This document shows positions 1-11,073 of a DNA stretch of 63,555 bases, piece after piece (within the stretch, counting starts at the first letter, position 1; every line of letters begins with the position of its first letter). Below the pieces are notes generated by a model. The model was not told the origin of the DNA and did no database searches. It saw only the letters and a program-made list of their open reading frames with translations. This DNA comes from Hydrolagus affinis. Taxonomy: Eukaryota. The stretch is taken from the NCBI GenBank assembly GCA_012026655.1, contig JAAILG010000211.1, forward strand, positions 62,001-125,555, read 5' to 3'. The translations under genes were made by a program, and so were the position numbers.

Positions 1-1177
1 TACTGATAATCAGTGGTGGGATATTATTCAATACTTTTAATAAAACTTACTGGAAATTCATTACACACAACCTCTAAAGTAACTAATACATATTGATATA
101 TATATCTATGAGAGTGAATTTGTACATCATCCTATGTCACGTTAAGTCTTTAAGACATACAGTATGTACTTTATAATTTTACTTAAACTCTGATTTTTAA
201 TTTACTGTTCTGCAAATATGTTTGTTTTTATTTTACGAAGTCTAAGATTCTTAATCTCTGTTGCTATCTATGTATGGAGAGGGTGTCTAGATAGTAGAGG
301 ATTGGTTGAGAAGGTGGCGAGATCGAGGGAACTACAATCTCCGATATAGTTTATTGCAATAGTTTTAATGGTCATGCTAGGATATTAGAACTAATAGACT
401 GACAACAAAATAGTCTCACATGTGCTATTTTCTCCTCTCCGGCTATGATGTTTCTTGCAGATTTCCATTCAGTAAATGATGGTTGCTAATTAATTTCAGC
501 TCTCTTTCCCACCCATGTAGCTTTGGCAGGAAGATTGAAGGGCTGGAAACGTACAGTGCTGAAGGAAAATATTAATGAGCTAGAAGAATAAGATATGCAT
601 GTGCTCGGCTGACCATTATAGTTTGACATTTGTTAGACAGTGCTGTGTGTTGTCATACAATTTTGAGTTGAACTGAAGTTTCATAAACACTGGAGGAATT
701 TCTTGATCCAGCTAGAGGATTTTTTTATTTTTTTTTAATCAATTTCTTTGAATGAATCTGAATTTCTGAGATAAAGCAGGAAGCAAGTAGATTCCAGGAA
801 TATGAAAGTGAAAATTGTAGGAATTCTGACTGCTTTAATTTGCCTTATTAAATATTAAAGTGGTGCTTTCATTCTAATGGGGAGATTAAAGAGGAGAGTG
901 GCTATAGTAATATAAGATACTAAGCTGGTATATAATAGCAAACTGCTCAAAAGCAATGTCTCCAACAGCTTCTTAATACTAAAATATTATTTTTGAAGTT
1001 TTAATAATAATGATTTCCAAATACATCTTAAATAATTTCAATACAACAGCTGGAGATATAGGGATATCTTTCTATCACTAGGATAACATAATTGTGATGT
1101 ACTTTATGGGTGAAACCTTTTTTTGGAAATGATTACCATCCACAGATAAACAGTCTACTAATTGGCTTATAAGCAGA

Positions 1178-1250
1178 TTCCTACTTATTGCTGGGTAAAC
1201 AGAGGCTTGTGTGTGGAGTAAGAAATCTTGCCTACGATAGGCCTTGCTTG
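1178..1250 (-). mobile_element. Degenerate SINE fragment (post-tRNA region, possibly Nin/CORE-like domain)
   Basis: Minus strand reads ggcaagatttcttactccacacacaagcctctgtttacccagcaataag. The first half matches the gggcaagtttccttactccac segment of the young SINE, then the sequence diverges. The domain assignment is from recall. Confidence 0.4.
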
Positions 1251-2250
1251 ATGGGAGCTAATTCTTTCAGTCTTTCCCTCCAAATTCTGCCCCCCACCCC
1301 AAAAATTTAGAGGTTTTACTTTAATCCTCAGGATTTTCTCACAATTGATTTTTATTCCTATAGTAAACACACTGGGGAACAGCATTCTTGCAGGCCAAAG
1401 CCAATATTTCTAGCTCATTTTAAAATTAAACATTGTATAACTGTAGCAGTAATTATGCTGTGTGAGTTACACAAAGCTTGTGTGTAATATAGTTATTGCT
1501 ACAGTTATATAATGTTTTGAGTGAATTACTAGAAAGATTCAGTTCTGAATTGGTCAATGGAGTAAATAAATATTAATATTGGTCTGGACAAACTGGTTGG
1601 ATGTCAGCCTTGTATTTATATATGCATAATATATAATATATGTACATATATAATGTATGTATTATGTAAATAGGAAAGTAGTTCCAGATTTTGTTGCATT
1701 CTTCCTTATTAATTTCTAAACACAGCTGCTTTTATTGGGATTGCCCTTAAGCCTTTTTCCTCATCCTGCTCTTCCAAATTTATCACAGATTTACAGTTCT
1801 TAAGCATCACTCTTCATTATTATCGAAATATTGAGTTACTGAATAAATTAAACCTGGATACCATGGCATTGACACTGATACAAACATGTTTAAATTATCT
1901 ATGAATACTATACAGCCTTGAGCAATCTCAGGCCATATGAATCATTTGCCTTTATTTTGTTCGCCTGCAACAGTTACTATATTGTTGTAAACCTTGTGAA
2001 GCACTTCAGACATTCTATCAATCCAAAATTTTAATTTTCAACATTTCTCATATTTTCAAAAACCTTCATATTGATTCTATTATGACAACTAGGTTTGTAA
2101 TATCTTTCGAATGAGTGTACAAGTGACCCAATCAATCATGGCAAATCTCCAGCTCAGCAAATTTCATTATTATGTTTTTCATTAATTGGTATATATTAGA
2201 TGTATGTACACTTTCCCAATGGGAAAGATATTTCTTCTAAGAATGTTTGA

Positions 2251-2322
2251 ATCCAATTCATCTATCAATCTGTCAATTGACCAAAACATTGGTCAATTGA
2301 CAGATTGATGGATGAATTGGAT
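2251..2322. repeat. Near-perfect inverted repeat (34-bp arms, 4-nt loop)
   Basis: 2251-2284 atccaattcatctatcaatctgtcaattgaccaa versus the reverse complement of 2289-2322: 33/34 identical, loop aaca. Confidence 0.95.
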
Positions 2323-2994
2323 CGATTGCTTCAGATTCTAAGTGTACAGTTCTAAATACTGTATACATAGATTTCCTTTCTACAGTAGGGTCCGTATCCT
2401 AGATGTATATGGGCTTGTAAAATGTCCTCTCAGCTGCTGGCATTGGATTGTCTAGTGTCTATCATACAGCAATAATCTGGAATGTACTTTGAACAGCACT
2501 TTCCACTCAACTTCCAATATACTGATGGGCTGGATGTAGAAGAGAAATAAATCCACCACAGTAGAAACCATAATTGAAAGCAGACATGATTTCGTGGACC
2601 AGTGCCAAGACAAAGTCCCCAGCCAATTTTACCAGCTGTATCCTGACAAATTTATCCTAGCTTGTTTCCTATCTCATTTAAATTATTTGAACAATCTCTT
2701 CAGTTCCTTAAATGGTGACCTGCACCATCACTGAATTCATACATATTATACGACTGATTCTGGAGCTTGCCAATTCTGAGTTCACTTGCTATATATACCA
2801 TTCAATGATAAAGTGATTTTTTTTTAACTAAATTTCTTTTGTAGATCTTATAAATCAGTCTAATACATATAGATAACTAGCTCATCAATTTTTTTTTAAT
2901 TTAATTCAAACACCATCCCTCATAACTGAAAAATCAACAGAGAAATCATTGAGATACTTTTGCTTTGTTTATTTTAAAATATTTTAGTGTAAAG

Positions 2995-3094
2995 NNNNNN
3001 NNNNNNNNNNNNNNNNNNNNNNNNNNNNNNNNNNNNNNNNNNNNNNNNNNNNNNNNNNNNNNNNNNNNNNNNNNNNNNNNNNNNNNNNNNNNNN
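2995..3094. other. Assembly gap (100 N)
   Basis: Run of exactly 100 N, typical of a placeholder of unknown size. Confidence 0.99.
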
Positions 3095-3206
3095 GTCCCC
3101 CTGTCCTCCCCACCTGTCCTCAGCTCAGGTCTGAAGCAGTGACTGTCCAGCGCCTTGGGACGTCCTCCTGATGTGAAAGGCAATATACAAGTGTAATATT
3201 GTTGTT
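3095..3206 (+). mobile_element. L2 LINE 3' end emerging from the gap
   Basis: cagcgccttgggacgtcctcctgatgtgaaagg...ttgttg, the same tail that terminates the ORF2-bearing L2 copy at 34689-35194. Confidence 0.85.
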
Positions 3207-3919
3207 TTACTTCATGCAGGTGATGTTGAATGAGAGAGCAGCAACATACAGCCAATATTCACGCTTCCACATCACAGTCTGACACTGAGCCCAGATCCAT
3301 CCAAATCAATAGAAAGATGCAAATCGGTCTGGCAGTCATACCCTTAAATAGTTGACTCTTCAAAGCACATTGGATGGTCAATGCTAGTCAACATTGTTGA
3401 AAGGCGACTGTTCTACTTGTAATGAAAGATGAAATGTAACATTGGGTGTTACTAATGGAGTGACGAATGTTCTTTCAGGAATGACAGGTTTCAGATTTGA
3501 AAATAATTATTTTCATGCCTGATGCTCCCACAAATAAGATATCACTCTGCATAGCTGCTGCTATTCACTTAGATTCACAGTGTGCACTGAATTTCAAGTG
3601 TTACAAGTGTTTCAAATCCTATCTGCAAAAAAAGTGTGAAACAGTCTCATGTAGAAATATAAACATATATTTTCTCTGAAAAAAAAGTAGTGGTCAACCT
3701 GGGAACTGATTATTAAAATTATCTAGCAGCAGAACCAAGAAGCTTTATCAATGATTTCTTAAATTAAGTTAATCTATGTGCACAATGTGAACCTTATGAT
3801 AATACAGGATCTTGTAAAAGATTGCGTAAAACACAAAACCAGTGTTGTGACTATAGTCTATGCATCAAGTAACCATTTGTCATTCAGCTCTGAGATTGAT
3901 AATCTCCATATAATAAAAG

Positions 3920-4331
3920 TAATAATAGTCCTTGCATTTGATACAGCGCCTTTCATGTCACAAAGATGTCTGATTCACATGATTTGCTGTAAAGTATAGT
4001 GACCTCATTTTGCAGACTGCCCAATTTGTGCACAATAATGTCACACAAACAGCCAATTATATGAATGGTCAATCTTAATTTGGGGATTGTTGGCAAGAAT
4101 ATTGTGAAAAACTCTTCGCTTTTTAATAGTAGCAATGGATCTTTAACTTCCACCTAAACAGCCAGGTACATTCAGCATTTCACCTGATAGATATCACATG
4201 TAATAATGCAATCCTCCTACAGTACTGCATTCAAATTTCAAATCAAGCTGAGTGCAAAGTCGCAATTTGGGGCTTGAACCCACAACCTAGGTACTCAGAA
4301 ACACGAATGCTACCAATCAGCAAGGCTGACA
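3920..4331 (-). mobile_element. Old full-length tRNA-derived DeuSINE-like element (SacSINE1-like)
   Basis: The right end carries the tRNA-like head (plus strand ggggcttgaacccacaacc...tgctaccaatcagc), the middle has ccaatttgtgcacaataatgtcacacaaacagc, and the left end has the tail ttgcatttgatacagcgcctttc. Colinear with the copies at 29888 and 51041. Confidence 0.7.
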
Positions 4332-5774
4332 GCTGACATATACATGTTTGACAGAGAAAAATCAAGTTGGTTCTTTTTCCACTTTGCTATATCAAATAGA
4401 AAATTATATAGATCTCTACAATTAAATAATTAGTCTTCCATCCCTACTGCTGTAAATATGGTCACATCAACCACCCACAAAGCATATTATTTAGACATTA
4501 CAAATCTGGTTTATAAATCAAATATGAAAATTTGACCATTAGAACAAGAGCTTTTTTTTCTTTTGCTAAACATTGTGACTGGTTTTAGTCCACTAAGTGA
4601 AATGTACTTCCAGTAAATCAATGGCAGATCCAGAAAGCTCATTAAGAACAAGATTTTGGGGAGAAAACATATACAGTAACCACCATCTGGTCCTAATTTC
4701 AATTCAGACATTTTATTGTGCAGACAGCACTGAAATTAAATTTTTTAAATAGCGAAACCTTATTTATAGGAAAACATTTTAACAATGTACTTTATTTTTA
4801 ATACGTTATGTAGAGAATTAATGGGCACCTGAGAGTGATTTTATCAGGCTATAATGAGGGTTTAGATAATGTACATTGGCTTTGTACTACAGCTGATTTC
4901 AAAAACAAGTTGAAAAAAGTTTAGAAATTCTTGCTAGGGCTGTTTTCAATGACCTGATCGTATGCCTCATACACTAGCTTTAAACCGGTGGGAGATCTAA
5001 ATATTGAGAGTGCATACACGAAGAAATTTATCGGGTGATCAAAAACCTTGTGATCCATTTACAATGTCGAATGAGTCTTAAAGAACTTATTTTTTAAATA
5101 TAATATGTTAGATACCACGCCTGTTTGGTCACACTGTACATCTAATTATGTATGCATGAAAAGGTATATGCTTTGTTGCATATTCATAAAGTATACTGCC
5201 CTAGAGTTTCAAATCAAACCGAATGTGAAGTCAGTTTTGCAATTCTAGAAATCTCATCAGCCCCGAATGAGAATAATTTTGTAGAGGAAAATAAAATGTT
5301 GTCACAGTGCTAATCGCTGAAATTAGATATTGATCTGTCTCGTGCTTTAAAAGTAGCTTGGCTTGATCTGATTAGAGTGAAAAAAAAATTGTGACAAACA
5401 AGATTTTATGATTAAAAGCTTTCACTTCTCGGTGCCAGGTTTCTGTTTGAGTGAATCCCCCAGAGGTGACACCTCAGAAGTAACTTGGCAGTCCCCCATC
5501 ATCAGTGAGACAATACATCAACTTAAGTGCAGTATAAATAGGTGTTGCAACTGACACCAGAGGAGGTTATGATCTCCCTCAGTGACTCCACACAAAAGAG
5601 GAATGCCAGTGTAGTGATTTGAATTTATTGCATTGGTATCCAGACTTCTTTTGAAGTTAAACTGGTGTGAAGTCAATAGTCGTGCCAACTGTGCATGCAG
5701 CTATTGAAATCCAGCATGAGTGTCACTGGCTACCAAGATAAATACATCCTTTACATTCTCCACTCTTCACTTAA

Positions 5775-6000
5775 AATAATAATCCTTGCATTTGATATAG
5801 TGCTTTATCGTTTCTTCTAGACTTCTCAAGGCGCTTCACAGTATATACTACAAAGTGAATTGAGCATATACCTGTCTGTGAAACACGGCAGCCAGCAGTA
5901 TCCCACAAACAGTCATGGATTGAATTGACCAATTTTTTTTGGAGGGATTATTATTAGGCATGGGGAATAAGGAAACTTGCCCAAGATTTTGCCCTGCCTG
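5775..6000 (-). mobile_element. Young tRNA-SINE lacking most of the tRNA head
   Basis: aataatccttgcatttgatatag...ggaaacttgcccaag...gccctgcctg, colinear with the full copies at 45630, 53903 and 58699. Confidence 0.85.
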
Positions 6001-7214
6001 ATAGCACTTTATTACCATATCCCGAGTGAGACTGAACCCTCATCTATAAGAAGCAAAACTGCCGCATTTTAATGGCCACAAGCCTATATTTAGATTCATA
6101 TTATGAATAAATACTCACATCATCTGTGTGTAAATTAATTGCACATTAAATATTTTACCTAATGAAAAAAAACTAATTATAATAGCAATTAATCATGTAA
6201 TATGCTCGTTTCATTTGCGGATTCGGTTAACCATGGGTACAGAGAGATTTACAGGTGCTCAATTAGGAAATTACTAACCAGCAAATCTGTAATCCTTTCG
6301 ATTGTTATTAATTACATAATTAGGGACATCAGTCATTCTTTCTGTACACATGTAGTTACATATAGTTAACCCAATCCATAATTTAAACCCCAGTGGCGTA
6401 TATTAAAGTGGTTATAGAGACATTTTATTAAACATGGTAGAAGGGTAACAGGTAGTTTTTTTTGCTTTGGAAGCTAATGATTACAATATATTAGGATCAG
6501 ATTAATCAATGAACTGTTCTTTCATACATTTGACAAGAGAAATTAGTTTTTTCACAGGCTATGATGTGTACCGCTAATATCTCTTATACCATTCATTGTC
6601 TGTCTGATAGCCAATAAAATAAGAATCAAATTTACATAAGCAACATAAGTTGTTCCAGCTGAAGTTTATAGTAAAAAAGATTTGTTGAAATGGATTTGGT
6701 TTTAGAACAGCATCTGTTTAAATATTTGGCAAATGTCATTTAGTGCAGAAAAAGTTTGTTTTCTAAAAAGAATACTAACCTTGATTCCACTAAACAAATC
6801 TGAAGAGATGTTTTAAAGTGGGATGGCAATTAAACTTTTAAAAGTGTTCTTCATATGCCCAATACAAAATTATACAAGAGCAGATTAAACAAAAATGGTG
6901 TTGACAGTGAGGAAAGGGACTCAGAAACAATAGCAAATTAAATATGGACAATTCAATGTCTATTGAAAGTAAGAATACAATGAACATAACCTTCATGGAT
7001 CAAATAGTATTGTATTTTATTGACTAAGTTGAAAGAGCCCAAGGAATTTTAGTTGATAGTAGAATGCTTTCAAATTAATTTAATTCAATTTTGCGGTAGT
7101 CAAACTGAAGCTCTATAGTTCTCTAGTTAGACTGCACTAAAAAAAATTGTACAGTTCTGGTTACTGTGGCATATGTTGACTGCCCATGTCCTAAAGCAAT
7201 TGCTGAGTATAGTA

Positions 7215-7759
7215 TTATACAGAACAGGAAAAAGTCCAGTTGGTCCATCGTGTCTGTGCTGGCTCTTTGATAAAAGCTGTCCAAATCAATCGTACTCCCC
7301 CACACTCTCCCCGTAGCCCTGCAAACTTCTCCTCCCTATATAATTATCTACTTCTCTCTTAGAAGTTGTTATTAAATCGGTTTCCACCACCTTTTCAGAC
7401 AATGCATTCCTGATCTGAACAATTCGCTGCGTGAAAACTATTTCTCCACTCCTCCCCTCTGCTTCTTTTAACAATTATTTTAAATCAGTATCCCTAGGTT
7501 ACCGACCCACTCACCAGTGGAAATAGTTTCTCCCTGTTCACCCTATCAAATCCCCTGATATTATTTAATTTAGGTCTCCTCTTAACCTTGTCTGCTCCAA
7601 GGAGAATAATCCTAGCTTCTCCAACCATCTCCTGATGAAGTCCCTCATTCCTGGTAGCACTCTGATAAATCTCCTTTGCACCTTCGCCAATACCTTGACA
7701 TCCTTCCTAATGTGTGGCACCCAGAACTGAACACAGTATGCTTCTTGAGGCCTAACCAA
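7215..7759 (-). mobile_element. CR1 LINE 3' fragment (decayed ORF2 C-terminus plus 3' UTR)
   Basis: ORF 7565-7759 [20 protein letters not shown]...[12 protein letters not shown]...[18 protein letters not shown] and ORF 7286-7474 FTQRIVQIRNALSEKVVE match the characteristic CR1 ORF2 C-terminal motifs. Frameshifted. Confidence 0.92.
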
Positions 7760-8494
7760 GAAGAAAACAATGAGGATCGTAATTATGCATCCACTATTGG
7801 ATGTATAATTACGAGATATGACTGGATAAACATCGAGAGGCTTGGCTTTGGACTTAATTGTGAAACTGCAGGATGTTGAATGGAAGACATTTAAATTTGA
7901 TTTCTAGAAAGTATGTGCATTTGAGACATCATATTTGATTTAATGTAACCTTGACATTGAAACATCGTAGTGTTTCATGTCAGTTTCTTTTCGAAGCAGA
8001 GTGTCTCTTTCTAATTTGGAAAACAATCAGAAAACATTAACTGAGCCAAAGATCCATCCAGCCAAATCTTTACTATGAGTTCTGGTATGCACGTAATGTT
8101 GCATTCATTTGTAGAAATTTTATTTCCATAATTAAGTACTTTGCTGAGTTGAAACATTTAATTTAGCACTGCTTCTGATAAATTGATACATTTAATTTTT
8201 TGCTCTAACAACCTTGCTTACAAGGTGATTAATTATGTATTTCATTAGATATTTATCTCTGACAAAGATGCGTTAATGTGTATAACTTGTATTAAATGCA
8301 GTGAATGTTTTGATAGTTCATTTGTCAAAGGCAAATTTTGATGGATTATAATCCTGACCAATGAAAAAATTACTTTCATAATTGGCAGTTTACAATATAT
8401 GCATAGATTAACAACATTCATGAATAATCAGCTTAATTTAGTATATTTAGTTACCGTTTTATACAACGCTATCAGTTGGATCTGACCCTCCTCA

Positions 8495-8675
8495 TTCTCA
8501 ATCCATCTCTCGGTGCCTCCGCTCAACTGGCACTGGCCTCCTGCTCATCCCTCCGATCCTCTGCTCTACCTTTGGAGGTCGTGCTTTTAAGATACTACTC
8601 CCCAAAACTGTGGAACACTGTCTCTCAACTCTTTCCCCCTTGCCCCCTCTCTCCCCCTTTTCAAGTCCCACCCCC
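8495..8675 (+). mobile_element. Highly decayed L2 fragment
   Basis: Pyrimidine-rich tract with ggaggtcgtgcttttaga...ccccaaaactgtggaacac (GGRAF..P.LWN motif of the L2 ORF2 end). Confidence 0.6.
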
Positions 8676-9081
8676 ACATAATATTTAACTTACAAATCAT
8701 GTTAGTATATATTCTGGGAAAATAGGCATTTCTGACAGTCATTTTAACTTTAATACTTCTTTTACAGCACCATTCTACTTGCTAAAAGCTCCTTTTAATT
8801 AACGGGAATAAGGATATCCAAAAACAATTATTTGATTTGTTTTGTTGTGGAATGAGCAGGAGGAGTACTGTATCATCCTGCAGGGAAGCTTATCTCTGCA
8901 GGCCTGTCTATGTGAATGGGTGTATGCATTTCTTTCACATTTCACACAGCTCTACTGCTATTTAACTGCTATGTGTTGCCTCCTAGTTGTCTACCATTCT
9001 TGTGTCGTCATTGCCAGAGAAAAACTTACAAAAGAAACTAGTTTTGAAAACAATATTCATTTAATCAGTGCTACCATAATT

Positions 9082-9141
9082 CACCGCCTTGGGACGTCCT
9101 CCCAACATGAAAAGCGCTTCATAAATGTAATTTTGTTGTTA
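9082..9141 (+). mobile_element. Ultra-short L2 3' tail
   Basis: cgccttgggacgtcctcccaacatgaaaagcgcttcataaatgtaattttgttgtt. Confidence 0.8.
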
Positions 9142-9360
9142 TTTGTGTCTCAGACATCAATTCTGCTCTTAACAGCAGCACCAGTTTTAGTTTATTTCCA
9201 ATGCATGTAAGAAACATCCAAATACTGTACAGTACATAGGTGAGCTTTTTTTTAGTTCAACAACTGATATTCTCTTTACTGGAGCAAAGTGAATGGTATA
9301 GAGTAAAGGAAAACAATCTTTTAATAATTTGATTGATAAATGAAATGCATTGAGTCATTT

Positions 9361-9486
9361 TAGGGTTTGAAGCTTGTTCTCTGATATGGAGAAAAGTTTT
9401 CAATCATTGTATTGAATTTATTTTTATTTATTTATAATAGGGTTTGAAGCTTGTTCTCCGATATGGAGAAAAATATTCAATCATTG
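9361..9486 (+). repeat. 49-bp direct duplication with a 28-bp AT-rich spacer
   Basis: 9361-9409 and 9438-9486 are 46/49 identical. Confidence 0.92.
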
Positions 9487-10904
9487 CCTGTCATTTATTT
9501 TCCAATATGAGATTTTTCTGCCTAAAGAGCCATAAAAGTAACAGTTTATCGTTTTAAGTAAGCAACCTTGGAATGTCATCGATTGTGGATTTTTAAGGGA
9601 GCTCAGATGATAGAATAAAATAATCATATTGTTTGGGTTCTCATATAAGCCGAAGCAGCATCTGTCTAAAAGTGATAATGTCAAGTATTATCTATTCTGC
9701 AAAGCTGAGACTGGTGTATAATCTAAAGCAGCACTGTTATGTGTATAATGTTTGTTCCTAGGACTGTGGCACCAAACTGACTGTAAGTAAAAGGAAGCTA
9801 GCCTTTCAACACATGGATAACTGCCCAGACAACTGTGCCCACAGTAGATGAATGCTCAACGAGACACTCTGCATCACCACCATAGGTGGTAGGTGGCGAG
9901 GGCTAGTGGGGGTTCAGCCAATCCCCCCACTCCCTCCAAAGCTATAGCCCTTTGACTGACCCCTCCCTCAGCCCCATCCACCACAAGAATATTTTCACCT
10001 GCTGCCTACGTTTACCGCGTAATTCATCAAAACCATTGCCTTCTTGAGCACTTCACCAAGTGATACACAATGAAGTTTGAAACTAATTGGTTAATTTTAT
10101 TTCTCCCCCCCCTTCCCATTCATTACCCATAGAATGATCTTTTATCGAATTCATTGCCTCTCAAGATTAATATATTGGGTATATTTTGTGACTGCACCCA
10201 AGGAAATTGCTCAGTTTATTTACTTAAAAATTGATAGATTGTTATCAAAAATCTGCAATACGTTTCTCCAAAGGATCAAATATTTCACAATACCATATTG
10301 CATGTCACAGATGTTTGAAAATCTTACCATGCATAATAGAACAAAAAGTCATGTTCAATTAAAAAAACATTTTAAACTGTAACAGACTGTCCAGTAATGT
10401 GCTTAACCAAGGTATGAGGTCACTGCACAAGGCCGCCTTGAAGTGTAACTGAGGGGGAGATGCAGAGACTGGATCCTCCCTTGTTTCCTTACTTCTGAAC
10501 CAGAGAGAACAAAAGCAGTCTGAAGCATAGCCACATTGGCAGGGGTGTTTCAGAGAAGTTGCCATGGTCACCAAACACAGTGACTGAGAGACCAGGGACA
10601 TGCAAGTAAGCAAGTTGTGAGAGGGGTTTCAGGAAACCGAATGCAGGCCTTTACATGTTTCCCCTGTGTTATTAAACAGTTGTACAGTATTCCTAAAGTC
10701 AATCTGCCATCATGTGTGCACTTGGCTCTGGTAGTTTGTAGCCAAGTACAGTATACTGTATTACAACATCCATTATTAAAATTATGAAGTTTCATAATGC
10801 TGAAGGCCTTGTTTAAAAAAATTGAATTTATTTGCTAATTTTGAATGTCTTCTAATTAGAGCTACGAGTGATTCACGTAATCTTATGGAAATTTGTGATC
10901 TATA

Positions 10905-11073
10905 AGTGTGCCCACAATATCCACAGCCAGGCCACTTACAGTATATTCTGTGAAAATGCTTTGAGACATCTCAATGACTTGGCAATGCAACAACAACAAA
11001 ATTACATTTCTAGAGTGCCTTTCACATCGGGAGGACGTCCCAATGCAAAACATCGAATAATTGGATTATTATA
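10905..11073 (+). mobile_element. SINE 3' half interrupted by an antisense L2 tail
   Basis: cacttacagtatattctgtgaaaatgctttgagac...caatgcaa [insert] caatgcaa...ggattattat. Confidence 0.7.
10991..11040 (-). mobile_element. Ultra-short L2 3' tail nested in a SINE terminus
   Basis: caacaacaaaattacatttctagagtgcctttcacatcgggaggacgtcc, flanked by caatgcaa at 10983-10990 and 11041-11048. Confidence 0.85.

Noticed and set aside
298-345. Promoter-like pair: reverse CCAAT (attgg) plus ggaactacaatctcc (ZNF143/ACTACA-like)
   Set aside because: The motif is imperfect, and there is no CpG island or downstream exon evidence.
2965-3255. ORFs spanning the N-run
   Set aside because: Artefacts of translating the assembly gap.
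9361-9486. CRISPR-like repeat-spacer-repeat with an internal hairpin
   Set aside because: Only two units, a low-complexity spacer, no cas genes, and a vertebrate context.
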